Assembly (NCBI GenBank): GCA_903828645.1
Contig: CAIKNA010000071.1
Location: 1,286-65,285 of the forward strand
Reading direction: 5' to 3'
DNA from: an uncultured Bacteroidales bacterium
GTDB taxonomy: Bacteria; Bacteroidota; Bacteroidia; Bacteroidales; FEN-979
Length of the DNA: 64,000 nt
Shown: in pieces, positions 48,362-57,702 of the stretch
Position numbering within the stretch: the stretch's first letter is position 1
How the letters are laid out: the number at the start of each line of letters is the position of its first letter
Notes under the pieces: generated by a model
The model's database searches: none
Told to the model about the DNA's origin: nothing
What the model saw: only the letters and a program-made list of their open reading frames with translations
Position numbers and translations under genes: made by a program

Positions 48362-48766
48362 TTATTGTCCGTCGGGCAGGACTTTTTCCCGGGCGAGATA
48401 ACGGATATTCTTCAGCAGATCAGAAATGCCGGCATCCGGATTCCTGGTCTTGGCCACAAAATCGCAGGCTCCGGCGGTTATAAGCTTCCCGGGAATCTGC
48501 GAATCCTCAAAAGTGTCAAAAACAATAATCCGGATTGATGGATGAATTTCCAGCACACAGCGTAAAAATTCAAACCCGGTAAGTTCGCCGGTAAAAAAAC
48601 TTGTGATCAGAAAATCGGGTGGGGAATCTTTGCGGAGGCGATATAAACACTCTTCACCCGAAGGAAACGCATGTATGTTTGCAAACCTGTTTAGTTCCAG
48701 GTTGTACCTGATGAGGTTCCGGTGTATCGGGTTTTTATCGACGACAAATATCGCAGGTGTTTTCAT
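48362..48766 (-). CDS. stand-alone response-regulator receiver domain lacking the canonical phospho-acceptor Asp
   Basis: CheY-like alpha/beta pattern (IFVVDKN...PDFLITSFF...IIVFDT...FVAKT). By eye, the position aligned to CheY D57 is Ser. Confidence 0.6.
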   Translation of the reverse strand: MKTPAIFVVDKNPIHRNLIRYNLELNRFANIHAFPSGEECLYRLRKDSPPDFLITSFFTGELTGFEFLRCVLEIHPSIRIIVFDTFEDSQIPGKLITAGACDFVAKTRNPDAGISDLLKNIRYLAREKVLPDGQ

Positions 48767-49046
48767 AATTCCCTCCGGGGCTGAATTTAACTGTCAAAAG
48801 TTGTGATTTTTCATACATGATCGCCTGGATGCAGGCGAAACTTGTAAACAGGTTATGAACATCCTGTAGCAGGATTGGTTTTCCTTTACCAGGTGAAAAT
48901 TATTACCTTTCCTAAACTGTTCATTTGCATGATTGCGTTGCGCCAGCCTCGATTCTCAAGCATTGAAAAACTGATCATTGATTTCCTTTACCTTTTCAGG
49001 TTCCATCACAATATATGCTATCGTAGCAAAATTTCGCAGAATACTT

Positions 49047-49054
49047 TATCTTTG
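49047..49054 (+). promoter_or_regulatory. -7 box candidate TATCTTTG
   Basis: Matches TAnnTTTG, 87 nt upstream of the ATG at 49142, inside an otherwise unassigned 375-nt gap. Confidence 0.3.
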
Positions 49055-49141
49055 CCATGAAGTGCTGAAAAATACCGGCCTTAGGTGTGTGCCTTACATT
49101 GAAAAGCCACGATCCATTTAAACTAACAATAAATCCGGAAC

Positions 49142-49861
49142 ATGAATATCAGACTTACTCTCTTTTTCTTTTTTAGCGGGACAATGATGATGTTGGCCCA
49201 GCAGCAGGTTCCCCGGGATACCTTCGATATTACGAAGTCAGCCATGCAATTCCCGCATCATTATAAACTATTTGGATTCCAGGTTTCAGCGGGACTCTCC
49301 ATGGTCCAGCCACCGAAAGATCTCCTGGAAAGCACCTACCAGGCCCCGCTGGTAAACATTCACGCCACGTTTGGACTTCCCTGTAACTTTTCGCTCGAAG
49401 GCGATCTGTCGACCCTCATTGTTTCAAACCAGCTGGCCCTGGGCCCCCGTTTCAGTTATCTGTATAAGAATCTTGGTGTAAAACTGGGATGGGATATTGC
49501 CTTTGTTTATGGACAGCTGAAGCAGTTGGGGTTTGACAACAGTACCAAGGTCTGGATGCATTACCCGAATCTCTCGGTTGGCTATAAACTGAGAAAAATG
49601 GCTTTTACCGTTAAAGGCGAGATGGTCATTGTTGCCAAGTCTTCTACAAAATCGGGAGAAAATGAAGTAAATGTTTCAAAAAATTTTGTCAATGGCGGCA
49701 CCCTTGCATTGTATGTTGAGCAGAGGATCCATAAAAACATGGTCTTTGTGTTCGGGGTGAAAGATAATTATGTGAAAGAATATTGGCCTGTGTGGATGAT
49801 CTTTACCACGTTTAACCGGTATTATAATATTCCTGAACTTTATTTAAGCTGGATTTTATGA
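49142..49861 (+). CDS. hypothetical outer-membrane beta-barrel-like protein
   Basis: Signal peptide ...MMLAQQQ and alternating beta-strand pattern. ATGA overlap with the next gene. Confidence 0.4.
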   Translation: MNIRLTLFFFFSGTMMMLAQQQVPRDTFDITKSAMQFPHHYKLFGFQVSAGLSMVQPPKDLLESTYQAPLVNIHATFGLPCNFSLEGDLSTLIVSNQLALGPRFSYLYKNLGVKLGWDIAFVYGQLKQLGFDNSTKVWMHYPNLSVGYKLRKMAFTVKGEMVIVAKSSTKSGENEVNVSKNFVNGGTLALYVEQRIHKNMVFVFGVKDNYVKEYWPVWMIFTTFNRYYNIPELYLSWIL

Positions 49862-51111
49862 AAAATATGTTTTCAAATCTGATCGGGTCGCTTCTGGTTC
49901 TTTTATTTCTTTACAGTTGCAACAAGGATTCTACAGTACCCATCCCCTCACCCGGGCTCGTTTCTGTTTTGACCGATGCAAAACCTTTGCCGGCAGGTTC
50001 GAAACTTCTCATGGAAGGTGTTTACCATGTTACTTCCGGATCGGAGATGTTCGGAGATTACATGGTCGTTAAATGGAACCGCACCAGTGTCATGTTTGCC
50101 AACAACAATGGAAAGCACTTTATCATGCAGGCGGGTCATCTCGATTCGGTGGTTTTTGTTCAGGGTTACTGGCGCGATGGATACAGCGATGCGACTGGGT
50201 TGTGCAGTATGATCATAACCAGGGAAGAAGGCGGAACCACGATCGTTACCGGTAATGGTGCCCAAAAGATCATCATCCTGGGTGCCTATGGAAAGGATAG
50301 CGGTTTGCCCGACCAACCCCTGAGGCTGGAGTACCTTCGGCCATTTTCCGATAAAGTAAAGAATAGCAAGTTCTATATTCTTGCCCACCGGTCGGGAGGA
50401 CGCAATTCAGACCGGCTCCCGGTATCTGAAAACAGCATTGCCATGGTCAGTTATACGGAAAAGCTTGGTACTACCGGCGTTGAGGTGGATCCCCGGATAA
50501 GCCGTGATGGGGTCCCATTCATTTATCATGATGCCGATATCAACACCCGGCTTACCCAAAAAGGCCCCCTCGCCGGAGATGTCAGTGCCTATACATGGCA
50601 CGAGTTATCAACCTTTGTCAGGCTGATTCATGGCGAAAAGATCCCTTCCGTAGAAGAATTGCTGACCTACGTGGTGGACAGCACCCAGCTTCGTTTTGTC
50701 TATCTTGACATGAAAAGCGCAGATGCAGTTCCTGCAGTCATTCCAATACAATTGAAAGCCCTGAAGCGTGCAAAAGATAAAGGCCGCGATGTCATGATTG
50801 TAGTAGGAATCCCATCAACGGATGTGCTGAATGCCGTGCTCGCCTACCCCGATTACCAGAACGTTCCTACCTTGTGTGAACTGACAGTGGATGATGTCAG
50901 GAAAGCCAATTCTAAAGTATGGTCTCCGCGATGGACACTTGGAACACAGAATAACCTGGTTCAGCAGATGCAAAACGAGGGCCGGCTTGCCATTTGCTGG
51001 ACAATCGACACCCCAAGCTGGATTCAGAATTACATTGAGACCGGATTGTTTAACGGATTGCTGACAAATTATCCCTATGTGGAGGCATATTATCACTATA
51101 TACAGGAATAA
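49858..51111 (+). CDS. glycerophosphodiester phosphodiesterase family lipoprotein
   Basis: Lipobox-like LLFLYSC, then GDPD motifs AHRSGG..ENS and GVEVDPRISRDGVPFIYHD. Confidence 0.7.
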   Translation: MKNMFSNLIGSLLVLLFLYSCNKDSTVPIPSPGLVSVLTDAKPLPAGSKLLMEGVYHVTSGSEMFGDYMVVKWNRTSVMFANNNGKHFIMQAGHLDSVVFVQGYWRDGYSDATGLCSMIITREEGGTTIVTGNGAQKIIILGAYGKDSGLPDQPLRLEYLRPFSDKVKNSKFYILAHRSGGRNSDRLPVSENSIAMVSYTEKLGTTGVEVDPRISRDGVPFIYHDADINTRLTQKGPLAGDVSAYTWHELSTFVRLIHGEKIPSVEELLTYVVDSTQLRFVYLDMKSADAVPAVIPIQLKALKRAKDKGRDVMIVVGIPSTDVLNAVLAYPDYQNVPTLCELTVDDVRKANSKVWSPRWTLGTQNNLVQQMQNEGRLAICWTIDTPSWIQNYIETGLFNGLLTNYPYVEAYYHYIQE

Positions 51112-51115
51112 CGCT

Positions 51116-51703
51116 ATGGGCAGGATAAAAACAGAATTTACCGTGGTAATGGTTTTCTTTACCCTTGTTGCATTTTCACAGCAAAAGGACAGTGTGAAGG
51201 TTCGACTCAACCACTATACGCTTACCATTGGTGCAGGCTGGAGCCACTACATTGACAACCTGGATAACGGGGACAAGGATATCCGCAAGGATTTTGCAGG
51301 GGTTTCCTTTAAATTCTACTGGGAGCCTGAGTACCGGCTGAGCCTTGGTCTTGAAACCGGGTATTACAAGTTGTTCACCACCACCAACCAGATTGCCCCG
51401 GATACTACCTATCATGTCGACCGGATCGTGGTTCCCATGTTGCTCCTGGTAAGAATGAGGATCATCGACAATGTTTATCTTGGAGCAGGGATGGGACTTG
51501 CTTTCATTACAAGTAAAGTTTACGGGGCAGGGGAGAATCTCGTTACAAAAACAACCTCAATGGCCAATTTTGAACTTTCCGTAGCTTATATTTACCCGCT
51601 AAGCAAACACATGCGTGTGGGAGGGGAGTTTAAAGGTTTCCATTTCGGAAATCTCAACGACTGGATGTATTCCCTCCAGGCAACATTTGCCGTGAGGTTA
51701 TAA
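51116..51703 (+). CDS. small outer-membrane beta-barrel (porin-family-like) protein
   Basis: Signal peptide ...LVAFSQQ, beta-strand periodicity and an aromatic-rich C-terminus. The start was trimmed to MGRIK. Confidence 0.4.
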   Translation: MGRIKTEFTVVMVFFTLVAFSQQKDSVKVRLNHYTLTIGAGWSHYIDNLDNGDKDIRKDFAGVSFKFYWEPEYRLSLGLETGYYKLFTTTNQIAPDTTYHVDRIVVPMLLLVRMRIIDNVYLGAGMGLAFITSKVYGAGENLVTKTTSMANFELSVAYIYPLSKHMRVGGEFKGFHFGNLNDWMYSLQATFAVRL

Positions 51704-52011
51704 AGATAGGTGCCGGTGGTTTACCATCCTGATTATTAACCATCTGTCATGGTAAGCCCCCCACAGATTTTCTGGATCAATTCCTTTTACTGCTGCAAAT
51801 GAATGCTCTTCAGCTGGGAATTTTAAATTGATTTTGTGACCTGTTACGACCTTGTTATCCGGTTCGAATATGCCTTTCCTTTGATCTACACAAATGGACT
51901 CTTTTTTGGATTTATAATGCCAATTTAAAATGATTTGTAAATTTGAAGAATAGTTCATTGCATTGTTTGCATAGTTTGCATTGTTCCAGCTTTACCATAA
52001 ACCTTCATCAA

Positions 52012-53334
52012 ATGAAAAACCCTCTGCCCTCACTTCTCCCTCTGATATCTTTCCTGCTTGCAATATCTGGTCTGCATGCCCAGCAAAAAGCGTCAACCGG
52101 TGAATCCAGAATGCCCGCATCAGATACCCTGAAAGCCATACCAGCAAAGGATTGTCCTCAGAAAGCCATCGGCGACCTCTTCAGGAAGAAGGAGGAAGCA
52201 CCGAAGCCGCCAAAAAAATTCATGGCACTTATCCTGCCCAACATCAGCTCCAACCCGTCAAATGGCTTCGTGCTCGGGGTGGGGGGGACATTCGGATGGT
52301 ATATGGGACCCAAGGAAGAAACCAGGGTTTCATCCGCCCCATTCACGATAGCTGTTACTTCCAAACAACAACTGATTACCTTCGTGAAATCCAATATCTA
52401 TACGAAGGAGAACAAATTTTTCCTCCAGGGCGACTGGCGTTATTATGTTTACAGTCAACCCACCTATGGGCTGGGCACCAATGCCCCGGATACCGGTAAT
52501 CTTCCGAACAATTTTCATTGGCAGGGCGAAGGAGGTTCCACAAATACATTGTCATTTCCGATGAAATACAATTATTTCAAATTCAGCGAGATAGTGAACA
52601 TCAAAATTCGCGAGAATTTTTATGCCGGAATCGGGTATCACTTCGATTACTATTATGCCATCAATGACGAAAAACTTCACCTGGATTCAATCCCGGCAGA
52701 GGTTACACCCCATTATGTTTATTCGGATACAAACCGTTATAGCACAACCCAATACAAAATGTCGGGATTGAGTGCCAACATTGTTTATGACAGCCGCGAC
52801 AACCAGGCGAATCCCTACAAGGGAATTTATGCGAATATCAACTACCGGTATAACTTCAAGTTTCTTGGAAGTGACCAGGATGCGTCGGAACTATGGACGG
52901 AATTCAGGACTTATGTCAGCCTTTCGAAAAAGCGGGCCCGCAACCTGATAGCTTTCTGGGCATTCGGCGATTTTAACGTTACAGGGGATCTGCCTTACAT
53001 GACGCTGCCTGCTCTTGGAGGAGATCAGCGCGCCCGTTCCGGGAGAGGTTATGTCAATGGCCGTTACCGTGGAAAAGACCTTGTTTACGGCGAGGTTGAA
53101 TGGCGCTTTCCCATCTCACCATGTTCACAGATCCTGGGCGGGGTACTTTTCGTCAATGCCACAACAACCGACAACCCTGCACGAAATGTGGCCCTGTTTC
53201 AATATATCCGGCCTGCAGTCGGTTTTGGCATACGGGTGATGATCAATAAATACTTCAGGACCAACATCAACCTCGACTTCGCCATCGGCTCCAAATCACA
53301 GGGATTCTATTTTTCAGGGCAGGAGACTTACTAA
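52012..53334 (+). CDS. Omp85/bacterial-surface-antigen-like outer-membrane protein
   Basis: Signal peptide ...GLHAQQ. YDSRDNQANPYKG resembles the D15/BamA barrel motif. Tentative call. Confidence 0.5.
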   Translation: MKNPLPSLLPLISFLLAISGLHAQQKASTGESRMPASDTLKAIPAKDCPQKAIGDLFRKKEEAPKPPKKFMALILPNISSNPSNGFVLGVGGTFGWYMGPKEETRVSSAPFTIAVTSKQQLITFVKSNIYTKENKFFLQGDWRYYVYSQPTYGLGTNAPDTGNLPNNFHWQGEGGSTNTLSFPMKYNYFKFSEIVNIKIRENFYAGIGYHFDYYYAINDEKLHLDSIPAEVTPHYVYSDTNRYSTTQYKMSGLSANIVYDSRDNQANPYKGIYANINYRYNFKFLGSDQDASELWTEFRTYVSLSKKRARNLIAFWAFGDFNVTGDLPYMTLPALGGDQRARSGRGYVNGRYRGKDLVYGEVEWRFPISPCSQILGGVLFVNATTTDNPARNVALFQYIRPAVGFGIRVMINKYFRTNINLDFAIGSKSQGFYFSGQETY

Positions 53335-53336
53335 GT

Positions 53337-53843
53337 TCAGTACCTCCCTTTCTGGGAAGGGGGAAGCAGGAGGGATGGGGCTTTAGAAGATTCAATTTTT
53401 CTTTCGAGAAACATTTTTAACTCATTGGCATCTATGCCCATGTCGGAGATTTTGATTCTGAAGTCCGCATTTTCCCATTTGATGACCAGCATTATATGTT
53501 TCCTGAAATATTTCTTCACTTTGAAAAGGATAAAAAGCGGGCCGCCAATGAAAATGAACATCAGCAGAGATATACTGTGTTTCCTGTTGTAGAACCCGCT
53601 TCCGGGCACATGTGCCTGATCATCAATACTTCCCCTGATAAACAGAAAAAATATTCCGAGAATGACAATGAAAGCAAGCACACCCGTAACCAGGTATAAA
53701 AGCCATTTTCTGCTCAACCTGGTGTTTTTAATGCCGATTGATTTGATATCCTTGTAGTTCAGTCTGATATTTTGTTCTTTTATTTTGATATGGTCCTGGC
53801 CGATTTCTATTTTTGGCCCGCTGTAGAATTGCTTCTTCATCAC
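53337..53843 (-). CDS. hypothetical membrane protein
   Basis: 168 aa with two central TM segments and no recognised motif. Confidence 0.4.
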   Translation of the reverse strand: MMKKQFYSGPKIEIGQDHIKIKEQNIRLNYKDIKSIGIKNTRLSRKWLLYLVTGVLAFIVILGIFFLFIRGSIDDQAHVPGSGFYNRKHSISLLMFIFIGGPLFILFKVKKYFRKHIMLVIKWENADFRIKISDMGIDANELKMFLERKIESSKAPSLLLPPSQKGRY

Positions 53844-54098
53844 ACTTGTTACTTTGCCGGAGAGTAAAATTACACCAATAAATGACTTGGAACCAATTAC
53901 GTTAAATTCGCCTGGTCAAAATCAGGCGACTGTATTCATGTTGGGTAAGTTCAAAATTGAAAAAATGCAGTTTCACCAATCTCACTTAAACAATTGAATG
54001 GAACACAGATGGCATATATCGGATTGGTTACTGCATGCTGAACAAGATGAAGGTCCCATGTACACAATGTTGCCTTTCTGATCCATTCTGAAAATGTT

Positions 54099-54106
54099 TA
54101 TCTTTG
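54099..54106 (+). promoter_or_regulatory. -7 box candidate TATCTTTG upstream of the Nif3-like gene
   Basis: Matches TAnnTTTG, 20 nt upstream of the ATG at 54127. Confidence 0.4.
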
Positions 54107-54126
54107 TTTTCTTGAAAAATCGCCCC

Positions 54127-55221
54127 ATGAAAATCGCAGAAATTACCCGGTATCTCGAATCGCTCTCCCCGCTTGCGTTGCAGGAAGAGTATGACAACTG
54201 TGGATTGCTGTTGGGTGACCCGGAATGTGAATTTCACAAAGCATTGCTGTGCCTTGATCTTACCACTGAGGTGATGACGGAAGCCATTGAAAACGAGTGC
54301 AACCTCATAATTTCACACCATCCGTTCATTTTCAGGGGGCTGAAAAAATTAACTGCCGGCCAGTCCGAAACAGGAATCATTACCGCGGCTGTCAGGCACA
54401 ACATTGCCATCTATGCAATTCATACCAACCTCGACAATACCCTCCATGGGCTCAATGCCCTGGTACTGTCCAAAATCGGCATATCGAACTACCACATCCT
54501 TAGCCCAAAACCCGGTTTGCTCCTGAAACTGGCCGTTTTCTGCCCTCTTGAACATGCCGGAAAAATAAGAGACTGCCTGTTTGATGCGGGAGCCGGCCGG
54601 ATAGGCAATTACGATTGCTGCAGCTACAATGTAAATGGTGAGGGAACTTTTCGTGCTTCTGAACTCGCCAACCCTTACGTCGGTGAAAAAAACAAGATGC
54701 ACGTTGAACCTGAAACCCGGATTGAGGTCGTTTTCCCGGGATACCTTGAAGCCGGGGTTGTCGCAGCATTGCTTGCAGCACATCCTTACGAGGAGGTTGC
54801 TTACGACATCTATCCGCTTCGCAATAACCCTCCTTTCGCAGGTGCCGGCCTGATCGGTGAATTGGACGAACCTTGCAATGAGGTGCAATTTCTTGAACGC
54901 GTCAGGAAGAATCTTGGCATCGCCGTGATAAGGCATTCATCCTTTATTTCAAAACCGGTAAAAATAGTTGCATTGTGCACAGGTTCAGGAAGTTTCCTCA
55001 TAGGTGAAGCAATCAGCGCCAAAGCCGATGTATATCTTACTGCTGATTTGAAGTACCACGACTTCTTTGGCATGGAGAACAGGCTGTTGCTTGCAGATAT
55101 CGGTCATTATGAGAGCGAAAATGGGGTAAAAGAATGGCTTCATGCTGCGCTTATTGAAAAATTTCCTAACTTTGCATTCCTTATTTCAGAAGTAAATACC
55201 AATCCTGTTCATTATTTTTAA
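54127..55221 (+). CDS. Nif3-like dinuclear metal-centre protein (GTP cyclohydrolase 1 type 2 homolog)
   Basis: MKIAEI...EEYDNCGLL, ISHHPFIF and YAIHTNLD motifs. A TATCTTTG box at 54099-54106 supports the ATG at 54127. Confidence 0.85.
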   Translation: MKIAEITRYLESLSPLALQEEYDNCGLLLGDPECEFHKALLCLDLTTEVMTEAIENECNLIISHHPFIFRGLKKLTAGQSETGIITAAVRHNIAIYAIHTNLDNTLHGLNALVLSKIGISNYHILSPKPGLLLKLAVFCPLEHAGKIRDCLFDAGAGRIGNYDCCSYNVNGEGTFRASELANPYVGEKNKMHVEPETRIEVVFPGYLEAGVVAALLAAHPYEEVAYDIYPLRNNPPFAGAGLIGELDEPCNEVQFLERVRKNLGIAVIRHSSFISKPVKIVALCTGSGSFLIGEAISAKADVYLTADLKYHDFFGMENRLLLADIGHYESENGVKEWLHAALIEKFPNFAFLISEVNTNPVHYF

Positions 55222-55231
55222 AAAAGAGTTT

Positions 55232-56149
55232 ATGGCAAAAACAACGAATACGCCTATCGCTACCTCCAAGCCATCAAAATTAGCAAAGAAACCTGTTGTC
55301 CAAGAGGCAGCTCCGGCAACTTCAGAGGTTGCAAAAAGTGAAGAGGTGGTCGAAGCAAATGCTGTGATAGCGGTTGCTCCCAGACCCAGGGCAGAAGGTA
55401 TTGATGAGAAGGCCGAAATCACCATTGAGAAAAAATTAATAGCACTCTACAGCCTGCAGCAGGTTGATTCGCAGGTTGATAAAATCCGTATTATCCGGGG
55501 TGAACTTCCGCTGGAAGTCCAGGATCTCGAAGATGAGATTGCAGGTCTTGAAACCCGTGTCGACAACCATATCCAGGAAACGGTCTCCATCGAGAAATCA
55601 ATCACTGAAAAAAAGACCGCCGTCAAAGATGCCTATGCCCTGATCAAAAAGTATGAAGATCAGCAGATGAACGTGCGCAACAACAGGGAGTATGACTCAC
55701 TGACAAAGGAAATCGAGTACCAGAACCTCGAAATTCAATTGTCCGAAAAAAGGGCAAAAGAGTTCCAGATAAGCCTTGACCTGAAAAAGGAGGAGATTGA
55801 ACGCTATCAGAAACTTTTGCAGGATCGTAAGAATGACCTCGAAATCAAACGCAATGAACTGGATGACATCATTGCAGAAACTGAAAAAGAAGAGAGCGAC
55901 CTGATTAAAAACTCTGAAGACAATAAACAGTTTATTGAAGACCGCCTGCTCACCGCCTATTCCCGGATCCGGAAAAATGCCCGCAACGGGCTTGCAGTGG
56001 TTCAGATCGAACGTGATGCATGTGGTGGCTGCTTCAACAAAATACCGCCGCAACACCAGTTGGATATCAGGATGCATAAAAAGATCATAGTTTGCGAATA
56101 TTGTGGAAGGATACTTGTCGATGATGGAATCGTGAACGCAATGCATTGA
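55232..56149 (+). CDS. coiled-coil zinc-ribbon protein (COG1579-type, the usual Nif3 partner)
   Basis: Long coiled-coil region and a C-terminal CGGC...CEYCGR zinc ribbon. The first ~65 aa are low complexity. Confidence 0.7.
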   Translation: MAKTTNTPIATSKPSKLAKKPVVQEAAPATSEVAKSEEVVEANAVIAVAPRPRAEGIDEKAEITIEKKLIALYSLQQVDSQVDKIRIIRGELPLEVQDLEDEIAGLETRVDNHIQETVSIEKSITEKKTAVKDAYALIKKYEDQQMNVRNNREYDSLTKEIEYQNLEIQLSEKRAKEFQISLDLKKEEIERYQKLLQDRKNDLEIKRNELDDIIAETEKEESDLIKNSEDNKQFIEDRLLTAYSRIRKNARNGLAVVQIERDACGGCFNKIPPQHQLDIRMHKKIIVCEYCGRILVDDGIVNAMH

Positions 56150-57702
56150 TGGTTATTAAAATGACTATGCGGAAGGCATCTTGGGTCAGGTTTATCCTGG
56201 TCACGGGTGCCTTCCTGCTTTTACTGCCGCTCACGCGGGCGCAGCAATACAACTACGATGCCAATTGCGAGCATGCCTACGCATCCATATTGTCGCTCAG
56301 GTTCCTGGAAGCGCGCCAAATGATTGCACTGGAAAAAAAGGCGGTTCCGGGAAACCTCCTCCCGCTTTACCTCGACAACTACATCGATTTTTTAACGCTG
56401 GTGATCGGCGAAGAACGCAATGTATATAACCAGTTAAAAGATAAAAAAGGAGAAAGGATCACGAACCTTGAAAAAGGACCCAGGGATTCTCCTTTTTACA
56501 ATTTTTGCCTTGGAGAAGTTCATATGCAATGGGCATTTGCCCGGCTCAAATTCGGCGATTATGGCACTGCGGCGTTTGAGATTCGAAAGGCTTATGGTTA
56601 CTTCTCTGCCAATGAACAACGGTACCCATCTTTTATCATAAATAAAATGGGGCTTGGGATGCTGCATGTCATTGTGAGCCTTGTGCCTGAAAACTTCAAA
56701 TGGGTGAGCACCCTCGTCGGACTGAAAGGAGATATGGAACTCGGCTTGAACGAGATCAGGCAGGTTGCCGGGTACCCTGGTCCTGATAAAATCACCCGGC
56801 TGTATAAACCTGAGGCCTCTTTTTTCCTTGCTTTTCTGGCCGTTAACCTGCAAAAAAACAAGAGGGACGCCATGCCTGTTCTGGATCTCTTGAAAAGTCA
56901 ACGGGATGGTGATCAGACACTGGAAAGCCCTTTGCTGATTTATGCCAGGGCCTCTGTCCTGATGAAAAACGGGTTCAACGATGAAGCTTTGGTTGCGCTG
57001 CAGGAGCGGTCATCCCTTGCCCCGTCATTCAATTTTTACTATCTTGATTATCTTGAAGGAATGGCCAGGCTTAACAAACTGGATTATGGCGCCTCTGCTT
57101 ATTTTGAGCGTTTTCTGGCAGGTTTCAGAGGACGGAACTATATCCGTTCTGCATACCAGAAATTGGCATGGATTGCCATCCTGGGTGGTGATACAGCGGG
57201 TTACTATCGCAAGATCAGACTGGCATTGACACGGGGGGAGGCAGTCGTGGATGAAGACAGGCAGGCAGGCTTCGAGGCCGTGAGTGATGTTGCTCCAAAT
57301 CTTATGTTGCTTCGTGCGCGGTTGCTGTTTGACGGGGGTTATTACAACCTGGCGCTAGGTGTACTACTGAATAATTCTCTTACAACAACCTTAAAATCAA
57401 AACGTGATCTTGTAGAATACACGTACCGGCTTGGCAGGACCTACCATGAAACGGGAAATTTCGCAAGGGCCGTTGAGTATTACCGGCAAACTGTTTTGAA
57501 TGGTAAAATGGAACCCTGGTATTTCGCAGCAGGTGCTGCTTACCAGATGGGGTTGCTTTTTGAGAACAAAGGTGCCTTTTCAAGGGCTGACAGCGCCTAC
57601 CGTCTTTGCCTTTCAATCAAGTCCCCCGAATATAGAACCAGCCTTGACCAGAAAGCCAGGGCTGGTTTGAACCGGTTGAAAACAGCACAGCCTAAAATCT
57701 GA
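56146..57702 (+). CDS. secreted TPR-like helical-repeat protein
   Basis: Signal peptide ...LPLTRAQQ, then helical-repeat-like sequence. Start uncertain. Confidence 0.45.
   Translation: MMVIKMTMRKASWVRFILVTGAFLLLLPLTRAQQYNYDANCEHAYASILSLRFLEARQMIALEKKAVPGNLLPLYLDNYIDFLTLVIGEERNVYNQLKDKKGERITNLEKGPRDSPFYNFCLGEVHMQWAFARLKFGDYGTAAFEIRKAYGYFSANEQRYPSFIINKMGLGMLHVIVSLVPENFKWVSTLVGLKGDMELGLNEIRQVAGYPGPDKITRLYKPEASFFLAFLAVNLQKNKRDAMPVLDLLKSQRDGDQTLESPLLIYARASVLMKNGFNDEALVALQERSSLAPSFNFYYLDYLEGMARLNKLDYGASAYFERFLAGFRGRNYIRSAYQKLAWIAILGGDTAGYYRKIRLALTRGEAVVDEDRQAGFEAVSDVAPNLMLLRARLLFDGGYYNLALGVLLNNSLTTTLKSKRDLVEYTYRLGRTYHETGNFARAVEYYRQTVLNGKMEPWYFAAGAAYQMGLLFENKGAFSRADSAYRLCLSIKSPEYRTSLDQKARAGLNRLKTAQPKI

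Noticed and set aside
48767-49141. A 375-nt gap with two small track ORFs (48603-48806 and 48875-49060). I considered an sRNA, a tRNA or a small gene.
   Set aside because: There is no cloverleaf-like structure, no strong hairpin or terminator and no convincing peptide. It is most simply a promoter/leader region (TATCTTTG at 49047-49054) for the 49142 gene.
53908-53929. Hairpin TCGCCTG-gtcaaaat-CAGGCGA in the 283-nt gap upstream of the Nif3-like gene.
   Set aside because: The stem is only 7 bp and no U-run follows. No upstream gene ends here, so it would not act as a terminator. It could be regulatory but is unsupported.
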